The position numbers were made by a program, and so were the translations under genes. 64,000 bases of DNA from Eledone cirrhosa (Eukaryota): assembly GCA_964016885.1 (NCBI GenBank), contig OZ024743.1, positions 165,974,001 to 166,038,000 on the forward strand. Reading direction: 5' to 3'. Below, piece by piece: positions 39,325 through 52,415 of the stretch (positions are counted from its first letter, which is position 1; the number at the start of each line of letters is the position of its first letter). The notes beneath the pieces were generated by a model that saw only the letters and a list, made by a program, of their open reading frames with translations, was not told where the DNA came from and did no database searches.

Positions 39325-40062
39325 TATAAAAGGGTATGGATATTCCAACAGGCACTAGGTACCTATAGAAATATGCAAGGTGTTTATAATAGTTGTGGTT
39401 CGATGGTACTTTTGCACCCTTATGGTATGGAAATAAGCTGTCTGAAGATCTAATTCTTTCCATTGGAAATTCTCTGGATTTCCAATCTTTGGATTAGTGA
39501 AACCGTCGGTAACAGCAATAGAACAGGTGAATATTTAAATCGTTTTTTTAATTTATTTAAAAGATTGTTTGATAATTGCTTGCTCCGCTCGTTTTTATAG
39601 TTCTCGTATCTCAAATTAGTACCATCGAACCACAACTATTATAAACACCTTGCATATTTCTATAGGTACCTAGTGCCTGTTGGAATATCCATACACTTTT
39701 ATGATTTTTCTCCTTATGTAGAGAACAAAACGTTGTATCGCGCTGCTATTTTTAGTGGCATGATCAACAAGTTTATAATAACCAGCTTTTACTTGTGGCC
39801 TAATTTTGCGTGTGTGTCACTTTAACGGCTTGACCGCATGCGTTGGGCAGGAAGCGAAATATTGACTTACTATGAGATTTGGACCCTTGTGGTATGGAAA
39901 TAAGCTGTCTGAAGATCTAATTCTTTCCATTGGAAATTCTCTGGATTTCCAATCTTTGTATTAGTGAAACTGTCGGTAACATCAATAGAACAGGTGAATA
40001 TTTAAATCGTTTTTTTAATTTATTTAAAAGATTGTTTGATAATTGCTTGCTCCGCTCATTTA
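39325..40062 (+). mobile_element. Non-coding element with two direct hammerhead-bearing repeats and an inverted 5' arm
   Basis: 39416-39597 repeats at 39884-40062; 39325-39410 is inverted relative to 39618-39702; flanked by (TA)n. Confidence 0.8.
39437..39516 (+). ncRNA. Type I hammerhead, family G (second copy 39904-39983)
   Basis: GCTGT CTGAAGA tCTAAT...ATTAGt GAAA CCGtCGG TA ACAGC; predicted cut after 39511. Confidence 0.8.
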
Positions 40063-40203
40063 TATATATATATATATATATACTTAGGGTAAACATTGAT
40101 GCAATTCAAATGAAGCACTCAACGTAATTATTCCACATAGGAGTGACGGAGTAATTATCGAATAAGGAAAAGCGAAGTAGTTTCAGATGTTCAAGTCTTT
40201 TAA

Positions 40204-40397
40204 TAATAATTGTTTCTACTTTAGGCACAAGGCCAGCAATTACTCAGTGCATTACTGGTACTTTATTTTATCGACCCCGTAAGGATGAAAGGCAAAGTCA
40301 ACCTCGGCAGGATTTGAACTCAGATCGTAAAGGGACGTAACTATGCTGGAAAGCATGGCGTCCGACCCTCTACCGATACTGCCAATCCACCGCCCTT
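40204..40397 (-). mobile_element. tRNA-derived SINE, full length
   Basis: Head GGGCGGTGGATTGGCAGTATCGG, B box, ATT tail; nearly identical to the 29232 copy. Confidence 0.9.
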
Positions 40398-40407
40398 TAA
40401 TAATAAT

Positions 40408-40481
40408 GCTGTGATATATATTTCAATGGCGAAAGTGGCCACACTGTTCTGTGCGCCAGTTTCGCGACATCGTCAGACAGC
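40408..40481 (-). ncRNA. Type I hammerhead, family H (mirror of 40826-40899)
   Basis: Reverse complement of the plus-strand copy with no differences noticed. Confidence 0.8.
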
Positions 40482-40825
40482 TTACACTGTCCATGCTTAG
40501 TGAGAGGTAGTAAAGAGACCTGTAAATACTAACACTCTCCCATCCCCACTGTCCTTAGGCTGACTGCCACAGAGGGGATGGGTAGCAGTAAACTATGGTG
40601 CAGGCTTGAATGGGTCATTGTTTGGCTGAGAGGGGGAACTGACTAAGCGAATTTCATTGAAATCTGCGGTAGCTAATGGTCAACTTCCCCCTGGACCCGC
40701 AGACCAGTGGGGGTGAATTAGTACTCACAGGGGAACGGATGAAGAACCCAAAAGCACATACTTCGTCCGTTCCCATGTCGATTCAATTTGGATTGCCTCG
40801 GAAACATAACCTTATTATGTTACAA

Positions 40826-40899
40826 GCTGTCTGACGATGTCGCGAAACTGGCGCACAGAACAGTGTGGCCACTTTCGCCATTGAAATATATATCACAGC
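40826..40899 (+). ncRNA. Type I hammerhead, family H
   Basis: GCTGT CTGACGA tgtcGCGAAA...TTTCGCcatt GAAA tatata TC ACAGC; predicted cut after 40894. Confidence 0.8.
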
Positions 40900-40914
40900 A
40901 TTATTATTAAAAGA

Positions 40915-41107
40915 AGGGCGGTGGATTGGCAGTATCGTTAGAGGGTCGGGCGCCATGCTTTGACGCATAGAGTTACGGCCCTTGCCATTCTGAGTTCAAA
41001 TCCCGCCGAGGTTAACTTTGCCTTTCATCCTTACGGGTCGATAAAATAAAGTACCAGTAATGTACTGAGTAATTGCTGGCCTTGTGCCAAAAGTAGAAAC
41101 AATTATT
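40915..41107 (+). mobile_element. tRNA-derived SINE, full length
   Basis: Same family as the 40204 copy; flanked by ATTATTAAAAGA duplication. Confidence 0.9.
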
Positions 41108-41149
41108 AAAAGACTTCGCTTTTCCTTATTCTACTTCGCTTTTCCTTAT

Positions 41150-41185
<36 letters not shown>

Positions 41186-41906
41186 GAAAGATTTGAATGG
41201 ATACAGTTTAGTTGAAAGGAATTTATTGACACGTGTTTCTATAATAGTTACATAACCTGAAACAGCTGCTATCTACAAAGTATTAGTTATGCAGACAATC
41301 AATATTTCAATGTTATTATTTACTGTCATTTCATCAGAATAATATTACTGAGGACCTGTTTGGTTTTTAGAGAGAATATTAGGAGAGAGGGGTGAAGTTG
41401 TTAGAAGAATAGTTGAGGGAGTGGTTTTTTGATAGCAGTGAGAATTTTTGGTGGCAGTGAGTAATTAGATTCCCATCTGTTGTTTTGACATTTTTATAGA
41501 ATATATTATTGGTTATTTTTCTAAATCTATAGAGGGATTAGAGATAGTAAAGATATGCGTGGTTGGTTTTGTGTTTGCACTTAATTAACATTCAGACTTA
41601 AATTTTTTTTTTCCAGTGTACGTATCCTTTCACCTACGCATTCTCACACAAACATATTTGCACCCCTCAACAAAATACATATACTCACATTCACATAGTA
41701 ACATGTTCATACTTACGTACATATACACATGCATACATATATATATACACACATGTATTCATGTACATACATACGCATTCATGTGTGTACATTTTCATAC
41801 TCAACTTATCTTTATATACACACGTATAGACACACACATATATACATACATACTCTAGTCTATGTGTATATATATACACATACATATATATCTATATATA
41901 TATATA

Positions 41907-41958
<52 letters not shown>

Positions 41959-42234
41959 CATTTTAATACATGAATACACTTACATCTAACTATACACATC
42001 AAACATATATATATATTTACTTATTTATATACATTTTCACATATATATACATACTTATGGTCGCTTTTAGACACATTCATTATCGCATTTTTGCACATAT
42101 TCTCATCAGCATATCTTTCCATTATTAGTGTGGTAATTTGAGGTTATTAATATACATATATATGTTGAGAAGAAATTGTTTTTATATTTTTCTAACTAGA
42201 TTGAGGTTTATATAGTTGGGGGGATGTCCCTCTT

Positions 42235-43365
42235 TTATGTAATATTCGGCTTGTAGTGGGAAAAAAGGGTTTTAGTTCGGTGACGGCAAAATAATGTTCG
42301 TTCAATTCTGTTATTCAGCAATTTCTTCTTGTGTGTGATTATGTAATAAATCTCAAGATTACACAATTTACAGAAATTTTGGCTCCTGGAAAAGCTTTGG
42401 GTTTTCGCTAATTTCTCCCATTTTAGGGTAAACTTTTGATCGCTATCCCTGAGCGTCCAAGCTTTTTCTGCTAAAGTTGTTACATTTCTTTGGCTCTGGT
42501 GTTTTATTGAGTAAGAATGCCTATATAATCGAGATTTAAACGATGTTGCCGTTGATCCCACGTAATACCACTCGTTGCCTCCGGATTTAATGGTACACCT
42601 ATAAATAATATTTTTTTCCAGGCAGTTATTGCCGAGGGGGCAGTTGTCAGGATAGGTGCAGTTACAGTTGTGTACGTTGGGTTTTCTCTGGAGTAGTATT
42701 GCGGGCGAACTTAGGTGTGGTTTATTTATGTTCTGTAGTGTATTGTCTACTGTTTTTTTTGTGTTCTTTGTACTTAAGTTTTTAGTGTTTTCGTTTAACC
42801 TTCTAGTATTGATCTTTTTTATGTGTTGTTCAAGGTTTAACGCTGTAGAGTATGACAGTCTTATAGTGGTAGGGTTTAGGATTTTGTGGTATTTGTGTGA
42901 TGTAGGAAAATGTCTCTTAATTATTTTAAAGAAGAGTACTGGTAAATTTGTACTAATGGAACTATTGTATTCGGGGTTATACCATAAGTACTCTTTGCAT
43001 CGCTTTCTATTAGTTTTGTTTGTTGGTTTACTGGTGTGCATACTATGGTAGTAAGTGTGGTTTGGTGTTGTGTTATTATATTTACCTATGTGGGATTTAT
43101 TTTGGGTGTTTTGATTGTTCCCATCTATATACTCTATTTTGTTGAGGTGGCCTGCTTTACTAAGGGCGTTATCGGAGTATTCGGCGTGTTCCTTAAATAC
43201 TTGTATGTTAGAAGATAGACCCGAGATTCTAAGGGAAATATTTTTAGGGATAGATTTAATTATAGAGATGGGGTGGTTAGACCCAACATTTACGTATTTG
43301 AGATTTTCATTCAATTTATGAAACGGTTTAATCAGACCAGAGTTTAAATTGAGTGTGACATCCAT
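42235..43365 (-). CDS. PLE RT thumb, CxCx5C linker and GIY-YIG endonuclease (5' truncated)
   Basis: DVTLNL...SNHP, CNCTYPDNCPL, IIYRCTI...YYVGST, RLYRH, CKLCNLE, LLN, CRH. Confidence 0.88.
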   Translation of the reverse strand: MDVTLNLNSGLIKPFHKLNENLKYVNVGSNHPISIIKSIPKNISLRISGLSSNIQVFKEHAEYSDNALSKAGHLNKIEYIDGNNQNTQNKSHIGKYNNTTPNHTYYHSMHTSKPTNKTNRKRCKEYLWYNPEYNSSISTNLPVLFFKIIKRHFPTSHKYHKILNPTTIRLSYSTALNLEQHIKKINTRRLNENTKNLSTKNTKKTVDNTLQNINKPHLSSPAILLQRKPNVHNCNCTYPDNCPLGNNCLEKNIIYRCTIKSGGNEWYYVGSTATSFKSRLYRHSYSIKHQSQRNVTTLAEKAWTLRDSDQKFTLKWEKLAKTQSFSRSQNFCKLCNLEIYYIITHKKKLLNNRIERTLFCRHRTKTLFSHYKPNIT

Positions 43366-43376
43366 GTATTAAAATG

Positions 43377-43526
<150 letters not shown>

Positions 43527-44065
43527 TGTATGTGTATATATATACACATAGACTAGAGTATGTATGTATATATGTGTGTGTCTATACGTGTGTACATAAA
43601 GATAAGTTGAGTATGAAAATGTACACACATGAACGCGTATGTATATACATGAATACATGTGTGTATATATATATGTATGCATGTGTATATGTATGTAAGT
43701 ATGAACATGTTACTATGTGAATGTGAGTATATGTATTTTGTTGAGGGGTGCAAATATGTTTGTGTGAGAATGCGTGGGTGAAAGGATACGTACACTGGAA
43801 AAAAAAATTTAAGTCTGAATGTTAATTAAGTGCAAACACAAAACCAACCACGCATATCTTTACTATCTCTAATCCCTCTATAGATTTAGAAAAATAACCA
43901 ATAATATATTCTATAAAAATGTCAAAACAACAGATGGGAATCTAATTACTCACTGCCACCAAAAATTCTCACTGCTATCAAAAAACCACTCCCTCAACTA
44001 TTCTTCTAACAACTTCACCCCTCTCTCCTAATATTCTCTCTAAAAACCAAACAGGTCCTCAGTAA

Positions 44066-44129
44066 TATTATTCTGATGAAATGACAGTAAATAATAACAT
44101 TGAAATATTGATTGTCTGCATAACTAATA
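44066..44129 (+). ncRNA. Hammerhead-like motif in PLE terminal repeat (mirror ~41281-41345)
   Basis: CTGATGA AATG...CATT GAAA; stems I and III imperfect. Confidence 0.5.
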
Positions 44130-44613
44130 CTTTGTAGATAGCAGCTGTTTCAGGTTATGTAACTATTATAGAAACACGTGTCAATAAATTCCTTTCAACT
44201 AAACTGTATCCATTCAAATCTTTCTATTTTTCTCCGGATTACTTTTGGAATTTCAACTGGAACCGTCGAGCAAACTCTACGTGAGCTGTCAATCTACTGT
44301 GTGTAATATTTATATTACAACACAACGGAAAATACTGTATATATATATATATATATATATAGGCAGAAGGGATATTTAATTTGTTGGTAATTCAACAAAT
44401 ATAAATGTTTATAACTGATTCAAAGCACTCAGCGGATTTTCTGGAGTATAATAAATATTCAATGATATTAAATAAATGGAAACTATATTTATAAAACCAT
44501 ATTTATTCTATTATATATATTTCAAGGGTACCAAAACTTTGGTACGCTCTCTTCATATAAAATACAAAGTTTGTTTTATAAATATTGACATAATACTTTT
44601 TTCCTCTTTTTAC

Positions 44614-44653
<40 letters not shown>

Positions 44654-44779
44654 GTATGTATGTGTGTGTGTATGTACCATTATGTATGTTTGTTGTGTAC
44701 GTGCCTGCCTGTGTGTGCGTGCGTGTATCTGCGTGTACGTGTGTAAGTGGGCGCGTGTGTGAATGTGCTTGTCGACACC

Positions 44780-45915
44780 TTGAATATATATTAAGAGAAA
44801 CTTTACAATAGGGGGAAGCACCCCTGCACTTGAATCTGTTGGTGGAACCCTTTCTGCCTTTGTCACCCTTATTTCAGCCTTAAAGAAAGAATTTCCCTTT
44901 TCTTTAAACCAATGAACCCCACCCATCCTCTAGACACATATACATATATATACACAAATATATATATATGTACACGCAAACACATACATACACATATACG
45001 CATATACATGCGCATACACATACATATAAACGCACGTACACACAAACATGCGCATACATACGTACGGCCACTCATACAAATACGTACATACATGTACTCA
45101 TAAATATACATATATACACACACACATGCTGTATAAAAATTAAGTACGCTCTACGTGCGGACAAAGCAGATATGTAAGAAGTACTTACATGACCATAGTG
45201 CCGTGTTTCAGGTCAAGAGGGGGTAGGGGTAGGGTGGGAAGGAGGTGGAGGGGTATTTTGTCGAGTGGGGTTTTTTTTTAAAAAAGGGGAAATCTTTTTT
45301 AGCCGTCTGGCATTAATACTGGCTTAAGGTATTTGAAAGTTGCAAAGTTTTTGTGCCTGCAATTCGGGCAGTGTCGAGAGAGTTTGTTCAGTAGCGGGCC
45401 CTTGGCAAAATAATAGTTCGTAGCTCACTGACATACAAAGGTCGCAGCACTTGTGTCCTCCCTTGGAATATATATTAAGAGAAACTTCACAATAGGGGGA
45501 AGCACCCCAACACTTGAATCTGTTGATTGAACCCTTTCAGCCTTTGTCACCTTTATTTCAGCCTTAAAGAATTAGCTTCTAAAGAATTTCCCTTTTCTTT
45601 AAACCATTGAACTCCACCCATCCTGTCTTACAGGCATTGTTAGTCTAAGTGATAAACAAGGATTGGTATTCCAAATTTAAATTTGTTTACAGTATTCTTT
45701 CTGCCTTTGTTAATACTATAGCTTTAAAGAATTAGCTTTTAATGAACTCCCTTTTCTTTAAATCCTTCAACCAATGACCTCCACCCATCCCAATCCCCAC
45801 CATCTCCTACCACCAGAAAAGAAAAGATATAAATACCACCACTTACTTGGACAGCCAGCTTCCTGATGATTTCTCACGAATGAAACAGTTCTAGTCCTGT
45901 AGAAGCTCTTCTATA

Positions 45916-45920
<5 letters not shown>
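44780..45920. mobile_element. Rearranged 3' pieces of PLE family A
   Basis: 45180-45465 matches 60728-60995 (endonuclease C-terminus CCDLC on - strand); 44780-44930 repeats at 45465-45625; ends in a hammerhead. Confidence 0.7.
45857..45907 (+). ncRNA. Intact-looking type I hammerhead, family A
   Basis: AGCTTC CTGATGA tTTCtcacGAAt GAAA CAG ttctagtc CTG TA GAAGCT; predicted cut after 45901. Confidence 0.82.
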
Positions 45921-45979
<59 letters not shown>

Positions 45980-46109
45980 ACCATTATAAATTTTAAAGGA
46001 TTGTAAATAAAACGAGTAAATCAGATAAAGTTGGAATTCCTTTTATTAATATAATCTTCTATACACAATCATACACACCCGTGTATATTTATCTATCTAT
46101 CTATCTATC

Positions 46110-46876
46110 TTCCAGAGGTCCCTGGCCTGGCAGTGCTACCGAGGAGCTCTACCGGTTCGTGACAAGATCTACAGGCACGGACGCCCTGGCAGGGATCCTT
46201 CCAAGAGGACGTGTCCAAGATGTGCGCAGGACATTGAAACAGTTCTGCACGCAATTGTACACTGCCCGGGCGTAAGCGACCTGTGGAACTATGCAGAACA
46301 ACTGCTGTCGCGTATGGGACAAATACAGTTGACTGCCGAGTCCATAGTAAGGATCAAACCGCCAGACTCTTTCAAAAACGAAAGAGAGGCGGTTTTCCTC
46401 TGTACAGTGGCTATGGTGAAAGAAGTTATATGGTGGACGAGGTTGAGAGGACTGAGGACAGATGCCTTTCTCTCCGGACAACAATTGATTCCCTTCTTTA
46501 AGTATCACTTTAGAAGGAGAATCAGGGTGGAGAGAGAGGCACTGCACCCCAGTAAATTTACTGAAAGGTGGGTGAATGAAGCGAAAATGGCCCGAGTGAT
46601 TGGGCCTTCTCTGTTTATAAGCCTGTAGTTTGAGGAAGAGAGCAAAAGGAAGAAAGGAGCACTTGCACAACACGCTCCTCGAGTTGAGGGTTGTTCTATC
46701 GACGGGGTATTAAACAACCCATTTGTGGCGCCTCCCCCCTATTGGGGATTTCGATTGTTGAAATTGTTTGTTTTTATATTTTTTACACGACTGTATGTAA
46801 AATCCCCGGCATGTCTTTGTATTGTCCCCTTTCTTGTTGCGCCCTTGTGGCTAATAAAGAAATCTATCTATCTATA

Positions 46877-46880
<4 letters not shown>
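46110..46880 (+). mobile_element. L1/Tx1 3' fragment in an (ATCT)n tract
   Basis: AMVKEVIWWTRLRGL matches 18092-18442; AATAAA then ATCT repeats, which also occur at the 5' junction. Confidence 0.8.
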
Positions 46881-46931
<51 letters not shown>

Positions 46932-47599
46932 ACATATCACACATACATACAGAAGCATATGTGTATGCATGTGTATATATGCATGCTTCAGAATGTACTT
47001 TACATTCTCATCCATCCCTTTCCATTTTCTTCTTTACCCTCTCCCCATTTATCTCCAGAATCAATAAACAAACAAGAAGTAAATAAAGATTTAAATAAAC
47101 AAATAACTATACAAATTAATAAAATCAAACGCATTTTACATTGTTGCTATGCAACTGGATGAGTGATATGATTTGTTCACTGACAGATGACATCATACTT
47201 TTGCTTTATCCTTGATAAAAAAATTATTGAATAAAATTATTAATAGCTTAGTGATAAATATAAAATTCTATTGATTAACATAAAGTATTTCTTTGGATTA
47301 GTTACATTAATACTTGCTAACAATCTGCTAGCAATAATCCATAATAAACGTTTCCAATGTTCCGTAATCTATAGCAATGTTCTGGTATCTCATCTTGGTT
47401 TTTGTCTCCTTTAAAATCAGGTTTTCTCGTTTTGCTTATTTTCCTTTTATTCTTCTCTTTTGATATTAAATACAACTCTTCATCGCGTCAAATGACACAA
47501 TATACATTCCGTTTATTCTATCTGTATGCTCATATCTGTATCTCCATTGAATTAGCGTGTAGAGCCATTTGTGTCTTTCTATATTCAAATGCAATATTT

Positions 47600-48075
47600 G
47601 CTTGTCGTCACGTAGTCCTAAGAGAAAGAATGGAGAAAACGTTGACCCGAAGGATCGCGAAGGATATGCATTGGAATAGCCATTCCAACTCGCGGGGCTC
47701 GCTCCTGTGGGTGGCCAACTCCACCACAATAGTAGTGAATGAGTAGGGAGGTGTTCCAGGAACCAAGAACGCCGGAAGTCTACACTGCCACAGGTTCAGC
47801 GACAAACCTATCAGAGAGCGGCCGATACTTGCACAGATTGCGATCTTCGGTTTGACTGGCAGCGAAGCCTAGATTAGTTGCCGAATGAACCATGTTAACA
47901 CTGGAGAAGATATCATTACAAGTAGCATCTGAAATGAGAGGCTAACTGTCGCAATACGGGGAGATCTTGATGCGGTCTGGCCTTTTGGAATCCCCTCGGT
48001 CCAGCCACGCCGGTTCGAGCTTGGAAGAGACTCCTGCAGTATCCAAACCATGCTTTATGATTACGTTGAGAGCAG
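47600..48075 (-). mobile_element. CRE-type RLE retrotransposon 3' fragment
   Basis: Manual translation IIKHGLDTAG...EPAWLDRGDSKRPD...KYRPLSDRF; homologous to 63100-63680. Confidence 0.7.
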
Positions 48076-48788
48076 CATTAAATTTTGTATTCTCGAGTCA
48101 CGAATAATCATCCCCTCCCCCACTTATCAATTTTTTAAATTTTTCCACCACTCCTCCCTCCGCTCTTATTCCACCACCACCACCAGCCCCACCGCTTAGT
48201 AAATTTCGCTAATCTATCTCCGGAAAAATTTGATTTTAAGTGGTATTATTCCTGCGAAAAATAATTTTCTTTAGACATTAAAAAATATTGTGCATGACAA
48301 AAATCTCAGAAAAATTATCGATTTTCCAACTCCCAACCCCCCGCTTATCCCCCTCCTATTATTTGAGACCCAAGAGTACCTACAAATCACCACTGAAGTA
48401 AGACTTCCAGTTGTCATGTGAAATTGTTGTCAGTGTTACATTTCATAATTACAATGATACGTGAGATACTTCGCAGTAACCTCTCGGGTTCAGACTTTTT
48501 GCTTGTGGCTTTGTTTAGTCGTTTCTAAGTATGTTCTGGTTTTCTCATTTTATAAATATGTATGTAAATGTGTAAGTATGTTCTTCCGGTTTTAAAATTT
48601 CATGAATTTTGACCAATAGAGAGGGAGTCGGTTTCTAACATAAATACAAGACTCTCTCGCTGGAATTTAAACATCAACTAGGTAGATATATCTGCATGCC
48701 TGCATGCATGTGTGTGTAGGTATGGATGTTATTGTATGTGTGGATGTGGATGTTTTGCGTTTTGTCTGTACATGTGTACATGCAATTA

Positions 48789-50450
48789 TTAGATGCAGAA
48801 TATTTGGAATGTTTTACATATTTTTACTGTTCCATTAATGGATTGTACTTGTAATTTCTTAACTAGTCGTGTTTTTTCTGTTTCCGCAAAGCCCAGCTTC
48901 TTAATATTTGTATCGGGGTAGTTGCTAACATATCCCAGTGCCCCAATGTTCAATGGTATAAATCTGAAGGGATTCATTAGTTCTGCATAGAAATTCTCCT
49001 TTTCGCTAATCTTTACTATATTGGCATCTGCTGGGCAGCTAACTTCCACTACAGTGCATGCCTTCTTTTCCCTGTCTGATGTCATTTTATTTGGTCTGTT
49101 ATGTTTGCATTTTATTGGGGTTTTTACTGGAACATTCCACCAGTACTCTTTCGTATTACGTATATGTATGTCTTCCACATTGCTGTAACTTTTAATATGT
49201 TTATTGTCGGGGCTATATTTTCTACGGATTGCATTGTATAGTGTTTTGGCCACTACATCATGCTTCATAGGTAGATAATACCGTGGTGACATATTTGGAC
49301 AGCTGCTTAGCACATGGGTGACATCTTCGATGTTAATTCTGCAGAGTCTGCACTTGTTGTCACATCTAGGTGTTTTGCCTGCATCCCTATCTCTTTTGTG
49401 AATCAGGTATTTTGTGTTGATTTCCTGCTCTTGGATTGCAAAAACATATCCTTCAAATTGAGAGCCAATATAGCGATTGTTGGTCCAAGATAGACTACTT
49501 TCTTTATCTATATTACTCTCACCCTGGAGCTTCCTGGCAACATATCCATGCATGATTTTTTTGCTGATAAGCGTGCAGTTTTTCATCCATGGATTCACTG
49601 CGGTACTGTTGAGCAATTTCCCTGGGTGTGAGTTTTGATTATCATGCATGGAGTATCTTTCAAGGAGTTCCTTCCCAACTCTCATGATCTTATCTGGTCG
49701 ATAGATGGGCTCCTACGTTGCTTGGAGGTTCATAGATGTCGGAGAGATATGGTGCAACACTCAAATACTACCTGGACTGATGTTAGGCCTCTGACTCCCT
49801 GCTTACGTTTCAAGTAGAGGCTATCTGTGTCACTATTGATGTGGAAGTTTCTGTTATTGTTTACGATTTTTCGGGTTTTAACATCAATTGCTCGGATTTC
49901 GTCTATCGTCCAATCGAGTATTCTAAACGTTGGTGTTAGGACAGGCACATCAAACACATTGTGAGCCATTATTTTATTGTGCGCAGAGAGTTCCGATGAC
50001 CATGTTTTTCTTAATCGGGTATAATATTCCCTGGGTACGCGTTCCTTATTACAGATACCATTATAAGATATATTCCCATCTATCCCCAGGTATCTGTAGC
50101 AGTCCTCGTCAGATATCGTTGAAACGGTTAGGCGATTGATAAAAATGTTGCTAGATTGGGTTGTAGTTTTTCTCCGCTTTACAATCATATTGAACATTTA
50201 CCCTGGCCAAACTCCATTCCTATATCCTTTGAGCACGTTGTAACCAGGTCAAGATTTTTCTTCGACCCATGTATCTTCTTGGCCTAGAGTTTTAGGTCAT
50301 TCACAAAAAATTATAGGTTAAGTTCATACTTCTGTCCTCTTGAGAGCCAATGAGGTATCCTTCGCATTTCTTGAGCAGAAAGGACAAGGGATTTAATTAC
50401 AAGATAAATAGTAGCACAGAGAGACTGTCTCATTAAAATATACCCCTGTG
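48789..50450 (-). mobile_element. Degenerate R4/Dong-type 3' half
   Basis: YRYLGI, CRLC...HVLSSC, KHD, HNRP, VEVSCP, IGALG motifs. Confidence 0.8.
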
Positions 50451-50689
50451 ATATTCTATTTTTTCAGTGAAAATAGAGTTCTCCTGCTCTGTTTTAGGAT
50501 AGTGGCCCAAGAAGAAGACAGCTTCTCTATGGCTCTGTCTGGGATTTTAGCAAGTCAGAGGGCGTCTATCATCCAAGAGTTGGGTATTTTTGGTGGCGTT
50601 TTGTCCTTGTTAATATTTCTGTTATCATCAAGATAATGCTCCTGCCTATGTGCCAGGGCACATAGACAGGAGTATGTATGTATATATGT

Positions 50690-51566
50690 TTTTAAGTATG
50701 TATGTGTGTATGTATATATGTATGTTTTTAAGTATGTTTGTATGTATGTTCTTCTGGTTTTATAATTTCACAAATGTTTGCCAATAGAGAGAGAGTCGGT
50801 TTCTAACATAGACACAAGACTCTCTCATTGGAATTTACACAACATCCACTAGGTAGACATGTATGCATGTCTGCATGCATGTGTGTGCAGGTATGGATGT
50901 TATTGTATACGTGGATGTGTATGTTTTGAGTTGTACGAGTGCCTGTGCATACGCTTTGTATCTGTACATGTGTATATGCAGTTATTAGATGCAACATTTT
51001 TGGAACGTTTTACATATTTTTACTGTTCCATTAATGGATTGAACTTGTAATGTCCTAACTAGTTGTATTCTTTCTGTTCCTGTGAAGCCCAGCTTCTCAA
51101 GATTTGTATTGAGGAAGTTACTACCATATCCCAGTGCCCCAATAATCACAGGCATAAATCTGAAGGTGTGTATGTATGTATGTGTGTATGTATGTGTGTA
51201 TGTTCTTCTGGTTTGATAATTTCATAAATTTTTACCAATACAGAGAGTCGGTTTCTATCAACTAGGTACATATGTATGCATGTCTATGTGCGAGCGTGTG
51301 TGTGCAGATATGGGTGTTATTGTATGTGTGGATATGTATGCTTTGAGTTATATGTGTGCATGTGCATATGTTTTGTATCTGTACATGTGTACATGCAGTC
51401 ATTACATGCCTGGAACATTCCACCAGTACTCTTTCATATTATGTATATATGCCTTCCACATTGCTGTAACTTTTGTTATGCTTATAGTCGGGGCTATCTT
51501 TTCTATTGATTGTATTGTATAGTGTTTGGACCACTACGTCATGCCTCATAGGTAGATAGTACCGTA
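50690..51566 (-). repeat. Degenerate duplications of the 48540-49290 region (R4 3' end plus flank)
   Basis: CCAATAGAGAG..GTCGGTTTCTA and TTTTTACTGTTCCATTAATGGATTG blocks recur; continuation at 52340-52415. Confidence 0.65.
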
Positions 51567-52335
51567 ATTGAGTTGATTGAAAGCATGCTTGAAAACAGGC
51601 ACTTCTTTTTTGAGCTAGGGGGGAAGAAAAGCAGATGGCGAAGACTCAAGAATGGCCTCCCACAGAGAAGTGTGTTCGCGCCACTTCTCTTCAACATCTA
51701 TACCAATGACCAACCTAAAAGTGATCATAGGTGCACAAGACACTGGTTTCAAAGTTGTGGAAGATAGACTCTCCAATGCTCTTGAAGAGCTAGCACCTTA
51801 TTATGAGGAGAACCACCTGCATGCAAATCCATCCAAGACACAGGTGTATGCCTTCCACCTGCGAAACCATGAAGCCAAGCGCCAACTGAAGGTTAACTGG
51901 TCAGGAACTCCCTTGAACACTGCGAGCACCCAGTCTATCTAGGTGTAACCCGGGACAGGTCTCTCTCTTTTAAGATCCACATTGAGAAGACCAAGTGTAA
52001 AGTGAATGTGAGGAACAACATCATATGCAAGCTCACTGGCACAACCTGGGGTGCAAACCCACAGACTCTGAAATCAACTGCACTATCTCTCTGCTACTCA
52101 GCTGCTGAGTATGCATGCCCAGTATGGGAGCGAGCTGTCCATGTCCAGAAGCTAGATCCCGCCCTCAATGCTAGCTGCCGCCTCATCACAGGCTGCCTGA
52201 AATCTACACCTACGGACCGTCTGCATATCCTGGCAGGCATAGCCCCACCCGCGATACGACGAAGTGCAACAAGCAAGAAAGAGTATCAACAACAGACTAC
52301 AGATCAAAAGAATCTAGCCAAGCTTTGTAGCTGAC
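51567..52335 (+). mobile_element. LINE RT fragment (jockey/I-group-like; clade uncertain)
   Basis: KNGLPQRSVFAPLLFNIYTND; RNNIICKLTGTTWGA...YSAAEYACPVW. Confidence 0.75.
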
Positions 52336-52415
52336 ACTCTTATGGACACGATAAGAAGTACCGCGTTGACATCTTTGGACAGCTGCTTATGACATGGTTG
52401 ACATCTTCAATGTTA

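Noticed and set aside
40915-41010. tRNA genes at A/B box sites
   Set aside because: No cloverleaf; the boxes continue into SINE bodies with ATT tails.
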